In this document: positions 38,680 to 47,960 of the stretch, in pieces
Layout: each line of letters opens with the position of its first letter
Numbering within the stretch: the first letter of the stretch is position 1
Source of the DNA: Clostridia bacterium
GTDB lineage: Bacteria > Bacillota > Clostridia > Oscillospirales > Acutalibacteraceae
Assembly (NCBI GenBank): GCA_017935325.1
Contig: JAGBHV010000015.1
Coordinates: 12,191 to 76,190, forward strand
DNA: 64,000 nt
Direction of reading: 5' to 3'
Made by a program: the position numbers and the translations under genes
Notes under the pieces: generated by a model
What the model was told of the DNA's origin: nothing
What the model saw: the letters and a program-made list of their open reading frames with translations, nothing else
The model's database searches: none

Positions 38680-39375
38680 TTATTCACCTGAAATCGGAGA
38701 AACAAATTTATAGCCTACGCCCCAGACAGTTTTGATGTATTTACCGTCAACGTCAATCTTGTTTCTGAGGTTTTTGATATTTACTGCAACGGTGCCGATA
38801 TCACCATATTCAGAACCCCAGACGTGGTTGAAGATATCTTCACGTGATAAAACTTTCCCTAAATTCTCCATTAAATATTCGAGAAGCTGGAATTCTCTTG
38901 TTGAAAGCATAATACGTTCTTTGTTTTTAAGCAAATCATAGCTGTCCTTATGAAGTTCAAATTCACCTACCGTAATTGTATCAGATGTAACTTCAACTGC
39001 ACTTCCGCCTCTTCTGTCACGTCTTATATGTGCTTTTACCTTTGCTACTAATTCTTCAACAACAAAAGGTTTGGTAATGTAATCGTCAGCTCCCATTTCA
39101 AGGCCTACAACTACATCAAGTGTTCTGCTTTTTGCACTGACAAAAATTATAGGACATGTGATGGTATCTCTGATTTTTCTGCAAAGTGTCAGACCGTCAA
39201 CCTTCGGCATCATAATATCAAGAAGAATAAGAGAAATATCAGGATTATTTTTTGCTGCTTCAAGGCCTGCTGCACCATCATTTGCCGTAATAGTTTCATA
39301 TCCTTCATCAGACAACGCATCTGATATAAGATCAGCAATTTCTACTTCGTCATCAACGATTAAAATCTTTTCCAT
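38680..39375 (-). CDS. OmpR-family response regulator
   Basis: The start is taken at the ATG at 39375 (MEKILIVDDE; AAAGGA upstream); the ORF track extends to 39411. Receiver Asp in LLDIMMP; winged-helix TVWGVGYKF. Confidence 0.92.
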   Translation of the reverse strand: MEKILIVDDEVEIADLISDALSDEGYETITANDGAAGLEAAKNNPDISLILLDIMMPKVDGLTLCRKIRDTITCPIIFVSAKSRTLDVVVGLEMGADDYITKPFVVEELVAKVKAHIRRDRRGGSAVEVTSDTITVGEFELHKDSYDLLKNKERIMLSTREFQLLEYLMENLGKVLSREDIFNHVWGSEYGDIGTVAVNIKNLRNKIDVDGKYIKTVWGVGYKFVSPISGE

Positions 39376-39493
39376 ATTTTCAAATCCTTTCAGTAATTTA
39401 TAAATCATCAATTAGTATAATTGTTACATAAAACTTCAAAAAAGTCAATAAAATGACGAATTTATAATTAATATTAATTTTTCTTACTATATA

Positions 39494-39522
39494 TGGAAAT
39501 TTATTAAAAAATATGTTACAAT
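39494..39522 (+). promoter_or_regulatory. candidate extended -10 promoter of the 39553 hydrolase gene
   Basis: TGGAAA (39494-39499), 17 nt spacer, TGT-TACAAT (-10 at 39517-39522). Confidence 0.45.
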
Positions 39523-39552
39523 CAAAATATAAAATAAACGGAGGTAATTCTT

Positions 39553-40515
39553 ATGGGCGTTTTACATAATATTTACTCTACGGAAAACGGCAATACTTTT
39601 GTTTCAGAAACAGGTCTTGCTGAAATTTACTATCAGAGCTGGACTCCTGATGACCCTGAAAAAGTAAAAGGCATTTTCCAGATTGTTCACGGTATGGCTG
39701 AACACACAGACAGATATGCGGAATTTGCAAGGTTTCTGACTGCAATCGGTTTTGCTGTTTTCGCAGGCGACCACATCGGTCACGGAAGAAGCATCAAGAC
39801 GGAAGATGATTTAGGCTATTTCGGCGAAAAAGACGGTTGGAAAGCATTTGTAAACGATGCACATACAATCACTTTACGTGCAAAAAAAGAGTTTCCCGGT
39901 GTCCCTGTTGTACTTTTCGGCCACAGTATGGGTTCTTTTGTTGCAAGAAGTTATATCTCACAATACGCCGAGGATATTGACGCTGCAATAATCTGCGGCA
40001 CAAGCGGTCCGAATCCCGCAGCAGGCATGGGAATCAAGCTTGCAAACGCTGTTGCAAAAATCAAAGGTTCAAGATACAGAAGCAAGTTCATAAATTCTGT
40101 TGCATTCGGATCATATAATAAGCGTTCGGCAAACAAAGATGATAACGGTTTCGGTTGGTTGACAACAGACAGAGCCGAAGTAAAAAAATATAATGATGAC
40201 CCGCTTTGCGGATACCTTTTCACCGCAAAAGGGTTTACTGATTTGTTCGGTGTTCTCGACAGTGTTTCAAAAAAAGAATGTTTTGAAAAAACACCTGCAT
40301 CTTTACCTATTCTTCTTATTGCAGGTAAAGAAGACCCTGTAGGCAGTTATGGCCCGGGTGTTGAAAAAGTTTATGATGAATACGTAAAGACAGGCCACAA
40401 AAAGGTTACCATCAAGCTTTATGACAGAATGCGTCACGAGATATTGAATGAATTCGGCAAAGAAGAAGTAATGGTTAATATTGCTCAATGGTGCCAGAAA
40501 ATCTTAATTCTTTAA
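39553..40515 (+). CDS. alpha/beta hydrolase (lysophospholipase / monoacylglycerol lipase-like)
   Basis: 320 aa; IVHGMAEHTDRY oxyanion region; GHSMGS nucleophile elbow; C-terminal RHEILNE histidine. Confidence 0.82.
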   Translation: MGVLHNIYSTENGNTFVSETGLAEIYYQSWTPDDPEKVKGIFQIVHGMAEHTDRYAEFARFLTAIGFAVFAGDHIGHGRSIKTEDDLGYFGEKDGWKAFVNDAHTITLRAKKEFPGVPVVLFGHSMGSFVARSYISQYAEDIDAAIICGTSGPNPAAGMGIKLANAVAKIKGSRYRSKFINSVAFGSYNKRSANKDDNGFGWLTTDRAEVKKYNDDPLCGYLFTAKGFTDLFGVLDSVSKKECFEKTPASLPILLIAGKEDPVGSYGPGVEKVYDEYVKTGHKKVTIKLYDRMRHEILNEFGKEEVMVNIAQWCQKILIL

Positions 40516-40520
40516 AACAT

Positions 40521-40550
40521 GTCCTTCCGGTCTCTACCGGGAGGACTTTT
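40521..40550 (+). terminator. intrinsic terminator
   Basis: gtccttccgg / tctcta / ccgggaggac (one G-U pair), followed by tttt. Confidence 0.7.
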
Positions 40551-40590
40551 CAATTTACACAAAATAAAAAAACATTTTTATTAAAATATA

Positions 40591-40619
40591 TTGATTTATC
40601 ACAAGTATGATGATAGTAT
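40591..40619 (+). promoter_or_regulatory. candidate extended -10 promoter of the dockerin protein gene
   Basis: TTGATT (40591-40596), 17 nt spacer, TGA-TAGTAT (-10 at 40614-40619). GGGGG SD lies before the ATG at 40663. Confidence 0.55.
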
Positions 40620-40662
40620 TTAGATGTGCATATTTTTGCTTTAGATTAAGGGGGCAAATATT

Positions 40663-43600
40663 ATGAAAAAGATGAAGAAAGTTCTTTCAGTGCTATTAGT
40701 TGTGGTAATGACATTCTCAATTTTCACCTCAGTGATTTCTGCAGAAACAATTACACCGACAGGCACAGTTTTTAAAGAAATCCCGACAACACCCGGTGAA
40801 CGTCCGACTGCAGAATTCTTCTGCACAGAAGTTACACGTGTTGCAAAAGGTGCTAACTCAGTTGAACCTGGTAATGTAATTGTCAAAGCAACGCCTTCAG
40901 GTGTTCCTGAACTTTCAGGTGCTTATGCTGCACAGGCTTATGCCGGTGAAACACCTTCTGCAACAAAAATCACATTTATTTCCGCAACAGTGGGTGTCAC
41001 TCCTGTCGGACTTTCATGCAACAACGAAACAGTAACCTTTACTGATATGCAATATGACGGTTCTACCGGTACATATTCATGTGAAATAACAGGAGGTACT
41101 GCACAACCCGGTGATGCACTTGTTTTCACAATGGACTATAAATGGACAGATGGTAATGAATATCAGGAAAAGTGCGTTTCTTATGTTGAAGGCATTGCTA
41201 CAGGTGGTGTTTTCACATATATAGAATGTACTTTTAAACCATTCAGCGGCACTGCTTCTTATTATCGTACATCTGTAAGTGCTATCACAAGACTCCTCGG
41301 CAAAAGCGTATTCTATGAACAACCCGCTTCGATTACAACTTCAGGTAGTGACCCTTATAAAACTTACGGCGTTTACAACGTTGCAACATCCAATTACCTT
41401 TCAAATGTTGCTTCAGGATATAACACATTAATTTATACAGATGATAAAAATGTAGAAGCAAATGGCGGAACAAAAGATATTTATTTTACCAACTATATTC
41501 CCGGTGTTCCGACTGCACACGTTTATGTTGACTCATCAAAAGCCACAACTCTTGCAGATATCAACCTGCGAATGGATGCAAGCACCAGAGACCTTTCAAC
41601 AAGAAATAACGGTAACCCATATACTGCAGTTTCTAATATGTACGTGCATGAAGGTCTTCAGGTAAACGGCATTCCCGGCGGAAGCAATACAACTGCCGAA
41701 CAAACTATTGGCTACGTAATTCCTGCAAAAGCCGATTACGGCGTTAAGCAACAGTACAAAAACACCGCCATGAACACAATCACCGGCGGCGCAAGAGCAT
41801 ACAGCAAAATTTTCACAAAAGGGTTTACAGGTACTGTGGCAAATATAGCTGATGGTTCACAATATACAATTACAAACGAATACTATTCATATAACTATGT
41901 AGACCACAGCCTTGACAGAGGTAATCTTACTACAATTGCACAAGTTGCAACACCTATTGTTTTTCATGTAGTCGATAAAGGTGCTCTTTGGACACTCCTT
42001 GACAAGGTTATGCACAACGACCCTGAATCACCATTGGTAAAAAACCAATACAAGGGCACTAACCCGCAGGCATGGTATTATAAATCAGGTTTCGCAGCTT
42101 TCCAGACATCTTATGTGGATGCACTCCGTGTTGCAAACAACATCAAAGCAACTCAGTCAGAGGTAGACGCTGCAGTAAAATCATTACAGACTTTATATAA
42201 CAGTCTTACACTCAAAGTTGCAGATTATTCAAAAGTAAATGAACTCAAAACCATTGCAGAGGCTATTATTGATAACGCATATGCTTACTCCCCGGAAGAT
42301 GTTGCACTTGTTGAAGAAGCACTCTCACTTGTCAAGAAAAACTATAATATACTTTATCAGAATGCAGTTGATGTAATGGCTGACAATTTAAGACTTGCTA
42401 TTCAGAATGCTGACCCTGCTCCTGCCGACTATCAGGCTGTTTACGCTGCAAAAATCGCTTTTGAAGAACTCGATAAAGACTATTACACTGCTCAATCCTG
42501 GCAAAAAGTTCTTGATGTAATTGCAGGAATTGATTTTGGTCTTTCCGTTTTAGAGCAAGATATTGTCGATGGTTATGCACAGGACATTCTCGACGCGACT
42601 GCAGCGCTTGTAATAAGAACTGCTGATTTTACAAAACTTATTGAAACCGCTGATGAAGCAGATTCACTGCAATCAAAATATTACACTAACTTTGAAATAA
42701 TTTACGAACCTTTAAGCAACGCACACGCCACGATTGCTGACGCTGAAATTAATTTGTGGCTGCCGGCAAGACAAAGTGAAGTTGATGAAATGCACAGACT
42801 TTTAAGAAATGCAATTGATTCACTGATTCTCAAAGACCTTGATAAATCTGCACTTAAAGAAGCTATAGATGCTGAACTTTATGTGTTGGAAAAATATTAC
42901 GATCAGACTCTCCTCTCAACATACAGAGAACTTGTGGCAGATGGTCAATCAATGTATGATGATGCAACTCTCAATGCTTTTGCACAGGATTCAATTGATG
43001 CGAAAACTGCAGAAATCATTGAAGCCTACGAAGCACTCCAGGCCTCATATAATCCTCCTGTTGATTTAACTGAACTTGAAAAAGCCATTGCAGCTGCAAA
43101 CGAAATCATAATCGAACACTATTATGAAGATGATTCTCTCGTTGAATTCCTTGCTGCTAAACTTGATGCTGAAAACCTTTATGTGAGCGACCTTACAACA
43201 GAATCACAACCTGCCGTTGATAAAGCCGTAGCAAGAATTTACAATGCAATAGCTGCACTTAATATCAAACCGGCAGACACAACAGCTCTTGCGGAATTAA
43301 GAGTTACACTTGCTTCAATGCTTTCTGAAAAGCTCAGAATAACAACTTACATTGATGGTGAACTCGGAGAAAAGAAAGTTATAAAGTATAACGAAGCAGA
43401 TGTTCTCACACTTCTTAAAGAAGTAAACGAATTGCTGGATGAAGAAAATCTTACAATAAAAGATAATGAGCGAATTAATGCATTTGTTGAAAACATCAAT
43501 GAGCGTATTTCTGCTCTTGAAATACCTGAAACTGACGAATATCTTCAGGTTGCCATCAATGAATATGCTACATTTGATTCATATTATTATACTGAAGAAG

Positions 43601-45468
43601 AATGGTCGTTATATGAAAATGCTTATAATAACGCAATTTCACTTACAGAAAATGCAACGCAGGATGAAATCAACACTGCACTTACAAACCTTGTAAATGC
43701 TATTCCGCAAAACAGACTTGTGTTTGTTGATAAAACTGAACTTGAAAAAGTTGTTTCAACTGCTGAAGAAGTTAAGACATGGAAATATGTAAATAATGAA
43801 GCTCTTCAGGAATTTATTGATGCTGTTGAAGAAGGAAATACCATTCTTGATACGAAACTTGTCGATACAGAGGAAAACAGAGCAATTGTGAATTCATCAG
43901 TTACAAGAATTGAAGAAGCACAGTCAAATCTTTCGCTTGTTGATGACCCTTCAATTATTTATCCTGTTGTCGGCAGAATCCAGTTATTAATAAACAAAAA
44001 AATCGAAGTTGTCACCTACATTGACGGCGAACTTGATATTGCTAAATTGCCTCTGTATGATACTGAAGTCCTTCAGGCTATGCTCGATGAAATCACTGCT
44101 GCTCTTGAAGCTGAAATCACACCTGATCAGGTTGGTTGGCTTGCAGGATATGCAGAAGAAGTTGAAGCCAGACTTGATACGCTTGAAGAATTGACTTATT
44201 CTGAATACCTTGATGTGGCAATAGCAGAGTACGAAAGTTTTGACGAAAAATATCTTACAGAAAACTATACAAACGCATATACAGTTGCTAAAGCAATTAA
44301 TGAAAGTTCGAAGCAAAGTGATATTGATACAGCTCTTACAAATCTTGTGATAGCAAAAAATCAGATTGTAATTCCCTTGGCTGACAAAACTGAACTTGAA
44401 AAAGTCATTGCAGTTGCAGATGGTCTTAACCTCTCAGATTATTACAATGATGAAACAATGGCAGAATTCCTGAATGCTGTCGCTGAAGGTAAAGATATTC
44501 TCAATACACCGCTTTATGATACAGATATTAATAATGAAATTATTCTTAATTCTGTAATCAGAATAGAAGAAGCAATAATCGGTCTGCACGAAATTGATGA
44601 TGTAACCGTGCTTTATGAAGTTCTCCAAATTGCTTCAGCTAAACAAAAAGAAACAATAGAGGTTGTAACTTATATTGATGGCAATCTCGGCACAAAGAAT
44701 ATGCCCAGGTATGACAATGTTGCACTTACGGCTATCGTTGATGAAATTGCCGAACTTCTTGCACCTGATGCAATTCTTCCCGATGAATATGGTTGGGTAG
44801 ATAAGGTTATGCAAGCAAAAATAGCAGAGCTTGATGCACTTGAAGAGCTTACGTATCCTGAATATCTTAATGTTGCTATAGGAGAATTTGATGCAGTTGA
44901 AGATTCTTCAATCTACACAGAAGAAACATGGTCAGATTATGAAGATGCGTACGAAGTTGCAGTAAATCTTACTGAAACAGAGCAAACCCAAATCAACACA
45001 GCCCTTACGAATCTGGTAAATGCAAAAAAAGCTCTTGAATTTGCAGAAGTTAAAACCCCCTACTATTTCACTGCTCAGGAAGGTACAGACACTGTCATAG
45101 ACAGAGAACGAGGATTTATCTACGGTCTTGACATGGCCATTACTGACATTGAAGATTACGTAGACTACGCTGAAGGTGTTACAATCAGTGCTCCTGACGG
45201 ATATGGTACAGGCACTGTAATCACTACAATATTCAATGGCGAAGTTCAGGAAACATTTACAGTAATTATCTTCGGTGACCTTACAGGTGATGGCGTTGTT
45301 GATATTTATGATGCGTCAACTCTCGCCGCACTTGTCAATGGCGATATTGAAACAGAAGAAGGCTCACCAATGGCATTTGCTGCAGACCTAAATAATGATA
45401 CCGTTGCTGATATATATGACTTATCAATTCTCAATGCAGTAGTAAACGGAGAAACAGAACTCCGCTAA
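40663..45468 (+). CDS. secreted 1601-aa dockerin-containing repeat protein (FIVAR-like helical repeats), function unknown
   Basis: Signal peptide MKKMKKVLSVLLVVVMTFSIFTSVISA|ET. Beta-rich N-terminal region of about 430 aa. Long run of helical modules of the form Y(T/Y)..SW..(Y/F)..A...A.......Q.E(I/V)(D/N).A...L..A...L. C-terminal duplicated Ca-binding dockerin segments. Confidence 0.9.
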   Translation: MKKMKKVLSVLLVVVMTFSIFTSVISAETITPTGTVFKEIPTTPGERPTAEFFCTEVTRVAKGANSVEPGNVIVKATPSGVPELSGAYAAQAYAGETPSATKITFISATVGVTPVGLSCNNETVTFTDMQYDGSTGTYSCEITGGTAQPGDALVFTMDYKWTDGNEYQEKCVSYVEGIATGGVFTYIECTFKPFSGTASYYRTSVSAITRLLGKSVFYEQPASITTSGSDPYKTYGVYNVATSNYLSNVASGYNTLIYTDDKNVEANGGTKDIYFTNYIPGVPTAHVYVDSSKATTLADINLRMDASTRDLSTRNNGNPYTAVSNMYVHEGLQVNGIPGGSNTTAEQTIGYVIPAKADYGVKQQYKNTAMNTITGGARAYSKIFTKGFTGTVANIADGSQYTITNEYYSYNYVDHSLDRGNLTTIAQVATPIVFHVVDKGALWTLLDKVMHNDPESPLVKNQYKGTNPQAWYYKSGFAAFQTSYVDALRVANNIKATQSEVDAAVKSLQTLYNSLTLKVADYSKVNELKTIAEAIIDNAYAYSPEDVALVEEALSLVKKNYNILYQNAVDVMADNLRLAIQNADPAPADYQAVYAAKIAFEELDKDYYTAQSWQKVLDVIAGIDFGLSVLEQDIVDGYAQDILDATAALVIRTADFTKLIETADEADSLQSKYYTNFEIIYEPLSNAHATIADAEINLWLPARQSEVDEMHRLLRNAIDSLILKDLDKSALKEAIDAELYVLEKYYDQTLLSTYRELVADGQSMYDDATLNAFAQDSIDAKTAEIIEAYEALQASYNPPVDLTELEKAIAAANEIIIEHYYEDDSLVEFLAAKLDAENLYVSDLTTESQPAVDKAVARIYNAIAALNIKPADTTALAELRVTLASMLSEKLRITTYIDGELGEKKVIKYNEADVLTLLKEVNELLDEENLTIKDNERINAFVENINERISALEIPETDEYLQVAINEYATFDSYYYTEEEWSLYENAYNNAISLTENATQDEINTALTNLVNAIPQNRLVFVDKTELEKVVSTAEEVKTWKYVNNEALQEFIDAVEEGNTILDTKLVDTEENRAIVNSSVTRIEEAQSNLSLVDDPSIIYPVVGRIQLLINKKIEVVTYIDGELDIAKLPLYDTEVLQAMLDEITAALEAEITPDQVGWLAGYAEEVEARLDTLEELTYSEYLDVAIAEYESFDEKYLTENYTNAYTVAKAINESSKQSDIDTALTNLVIAKNQIVIPLADKTELEKVIAVADGLNLSDYYNDETMAEFLNAVAEGKDILNTPLYDTDINNEIILNSVIRIEEAIIGLHEIDDVTVLYEVLQIASAKQKETIEVVTYIDGNLGTKNMPRYDNVALTAIVDEIAELLAPDAILPDEYGWVDKVMQAKIAELDALEELTYPEYLNVAIGEFDAVEDSSIYTEETWSDYEDAYEVAVNLTETEQTQINTALTNLVNAKKALEFAEVKTPYYFTAQEGTDTVIDRERGFIYGLDMAITDIEDYVDYAEGVTISAPDGYGTGTVITTIFNGEVQETFTVIIFGDLTGDGVVDIYDASTLAALVNGDIETEEGSPMAFAADLNNDTVADIYDLSILNAVVNGETELR
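43063..45043 (+). repeat. three tandem, diverged coding repeats of about 218-222 codons inside the dockerin protein gene
   Basis: Units start at 43063, 43729 and 44383 with (tta/aaa)actgaacttgaaaaag (D(L/K)TELEK). Each also contains a conserved (V/I)TYIDG(E/N)L core and a ..INTALTNLVNA.. end. Confidence 0.85.
45274..45465 (+). other. type I dockerin module
   Basis: GDLTGDGVVDIYDASTLAALVNG ... ADLNNDTVADIYDLSILNAVVNG: two EF-hand-like 12-residue loops, each followed by a helix. Confidence 0.88.
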
Positions 45469-45582
45469 AACTTTATAATTATCGAACCGCTTTCGGAGAA
45501 AAATACTCTGAGGGCGGTTATTCTTGACGAAACATTAAATTCATGATATCATTCATTTATAAGCTTCCGGGAGGAAAACAAA

Positions 45583-46569
45583 ATGAAAAACACACAAAAG
45601 ATTCTCATTGCAGTGCTTGCTTTAGTACTTATAGCCGTGACAGCTCTGATTATTTTTGTTAAAACAAACAAGACTGACGAAAATAACATTAACAACAATC
45701 CGACTGATATTGTGAGTAATGAAAACAATACTGTATCTGCAGACCAGACGGATAATCAGAACAACCACGACGTCACTTATTCTGAATCCGATAACACTCC
45801 GATTACAAATGTTAATGATAACAAAACACCGTCAGCAGGAAATAATCCCTCAAAAGAACCAACACAAGCTGCAACAAAGAACTATGATTTATCTTCTGCT
45901 GAACTTATGCAATCGCAGATAACTTCATTCGGCGAACTGAAGCTTTATTCAACTGATTACAACGGTAAAAAAATATATCTTTTCGTTATTGATAATGACG
46001 GCAAAAAATTTTTCCGGGAAATCCCCGGTGAATATATTATTGAAAACATTTACTATGCAAATATTGACGGTAGATTCGGAGATGAGCTTATTATCCGTGC
46101 CAACACAGGCACAAACACCAACCCGCCCACATATAAAAATTATATTTTCAAAATCACATCAAAAGGATTTGAATCTTTATTCTCTGCGAGCGACCTGAAT
46201 AAGTTTGCAAGCGGATATAGAGCTGAATTGAAACAAGGGTTCAACGTTAAAATCTCTAACAGCATTACGGGATATAGTAAAACTATCAATGTAAAAGGAC
46301 TTAATAAGAATACTTATGTTGGTGAATACTGGGATGCAAACGGCAACCTGACAACAAACAAGACAAAAGAACAGGTTGATTTCGGCGACGGATTCCATTT
46401 CATAGAACCGAAGGATGTTGACAATGACGGCATTTATGAAATTACATGCTCTCAATATACAAGCCTCGGCAAACGTTCAGACTGCATAGGTTATGCAAAC
46501 ACAGTTATAAAATATGACTTTCAGAAAAAAGAATTTAAGGTTATCAGCACAGTCTTTTATTCACCGTAA
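45583..46569 (+). CDS. membrane-anchored protein of unknown function with an N/T/D-rich linker
   Basis: 328 aa; GGGAGG SD; N-terminal TM helix (ILIAVLALVLIAVTALIIFV). About 75 aa of low-complexity N/D/T/Q-rich sequence, then a beta-rich domain with DIDGRFGDELI and DVDNDGIYEI (FG-GAP/VCBS-like) motifs. Confidence 0.8.
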   Translation: MKNTQKILIAVLALVLIAVTALIIFVKTNKTDENNINNNPTDIVSNENNTVSADQTDNQNNHDVTYSESDNTPITNVNDNKTPSAGNNPSKEPTQAATKNYDLSSAELMQSQITSFGELKLYSTDYNGKKIYLFVIDNDGKKFFREIPGEYIIENIYYANIDGRFGDELIIRANTGTNTNPPTYKNYIFKITSKGFESLFSASDLNKFASGYRAELKQGFNVKISNSITGYSKTINVKGLNKNTYVGEYWDANGNLTTNKTKEQVDFGDGFHFIEPKDVDNDGIYEITCSQYTSLGKRSDCIGYANTVIKYDFQKKEFKVISTVFYSP

Positions 46570-46582
46570 TCAGCATAAAAAC

Positions 46583-46629
46583 AAAAAATCCACGATAGGC
46601 CTTTATATCGGCTTACCGTGGATTTTTTA
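46583..46629. terminator. bidirectional intrinsic terminator
   Basis: atccacg...taggcc / loop / ggctta...cgtggat imperfect hairpin flanked by caaaaaa and tttttta. Confidence 0.7.
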
Positions 46630-46631
46630 TA

Positions 46632-47960
46632 TCAGTTTACAACTACGCTGATTGGCAATTTATATGTGCCGTATGCCCAACAATCAGCATTATTGACGGA
46701 AATCTGTGCATTTACAACATCTCTGCCTGTTTTTCCTTTATACCCTGTCATATCAACTATTGCATAAACAGAATCAGCATTAATATTTTTGATTTCAGAA
46801 TCAGTACCGTACAGAACAACTTCAGTTATTGTGGATTCGTTATCAACAAAAGACACCGTACAATTATCGGGAACATTTGTAAATGAAATTCTGCTTTTGT
46901 CAATATCAACTTTTTTCGATGATGTTTCTGAAACCTTCACCGTTACTGTGACTTCTGCAATATCATTAAAAACTTTTAAGTTAGTGGAAAAGTCTTCTTT
47001 TTTAAATTTAAAAACATTCACACCGCTTTTGAGTGATGAAAAATCAATCGTGCCCACATTTACGTTTTCAAGCGAAGAAATCACATCACTTGTTGCACAT
47101 ATATTCAATGTCTGAGGCGAAATTGAAATACTCTCTATAAAATTTTTATAATTATCGGGAGTGTTTGAAAATTCAACCGCCGTTGCAAATTCAGCTTTTT
47201 TCATCACGGGAACTGTGATAACAACCGGCGACATATCTTTGATTTCAACATAATTTACTTTGTTGCCATAATTATCTACAATGTCAATTGTTGATGAAAA
47301 ATGAGTTGTTTTAGTGAGTGTATCAAGCTTATTCAACTCAGCCTCATTAATTTTTGCATAAATATTTTCTTTATCAATCCTGTTAATCTGAGTTGCCGCA
47401 CCACCGACTACAACAGATGTTGAAGACAGCACTACACCGTCGCTGTAATACCCTTCGGGAATAAGCTTCTGAGGCAAAGGCTCAGCTTTCAGGTCAATTC
47501 TGATTTCCTTGTAGGCGTCAAAGTAAACTTCTATTTCCTCACTTGAAATCGCTACAATTTCATAGTCAGCGTTTCTGTCATTTTTTGTTGGCACAAGTTG
47601 CAGTGAATGCGCTCCTATCGAATCAACATAGCTTAAATTTGCAGTAACTGTTATATCATCTGCAGACAAATCTCTTTGCGTAATTGAATATCTTTTTCCT
47701 TCAACTGTAACATCAACTGTATATTCCTTTTCCGTAAATGCCTGCAAATCGAGCTTCTGTGCAGTAGTATTTTCCAAATCAATTACTACGGGGACATCCT
47801 CAATTTTATAAGTAGTTTCAGGGCTGAACGCCATAACAACTACTATCCAGATTATAATTGCCGCAACAAATGAAAACACAGCAAGATATTTGTTATTATA
47901 AAACAGATTATGGAAGAATGGAGCTTTTTTCTTTTTAGCCTGATCATTTCTTTTCATCAT
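46632..47960 (-). CDS. cdaR: YbbR-domain protein (CdaR, diadenylate cyclase regulator)
   Basis: The start is taken at the ATG at 47960, 5 nt after GGGAGG; the ORF track extends to 47993. TM anchor plus a repeated beta-rich YbbR-like region. Lies directly downstream of cdaA, overlapping it. Confidence 0.8.
   Translation of the reverse strand: MMKRNDQAKKKKAPFFHNLFYNNKYLAVFSFVAAIIIWIVVVMAFSPETTYKIEDVPVVIDLENTTAQKLDLQAFTEKEYTVDVTVEGKRYSITQRDLSADDITVTANLSYVDSIGAHSLQLVPTKNDRNADYEIVAISSEEIEVYFDAYKEIRIDLKAEPLPQKLIPEGYYSDGVVLSSTSVVVGGAATQINRIDKENIYAKINEAELNKLDTLTKTTHFSSTIDIVDNYGNKVNYVEIKDMSPVVITVPVMKKAEFATAVEFSNTPDNYKNFIESISISPQTLNICATSDVISSLENVNVGTIDFSSLKSGVNVFKFKKEDFSTNLKVFNDIAEVTVTVKVSETSSKKVDIDKSRISFTNVPDNCTVSFVDNESTITEVVLYGTDSEIKNINADSVYAIVDMTGYKGKTGRDVVNAQISVNNADCWAYGTYKLPISVVVN

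Noticed and set aside
40641-40886. The 81-aa minus-strand ORF overlapping the start of the dockerin protein gene.
   Set aside because: It is antisense to the signal-peptide region of a well-supported gene and would start within that gene. It has no SD and no promoter space.
43063-45043. Possibility that the periodic repeats represent a CRISPR array or a non-coding satellite.
   Set aside because: The period is about 660 nt, the units are diverged, and the whole region is one uninterrupted reading frame with protein-level periodicity. This is an intragenic domain-repeat array, not direct repeats with spacers.
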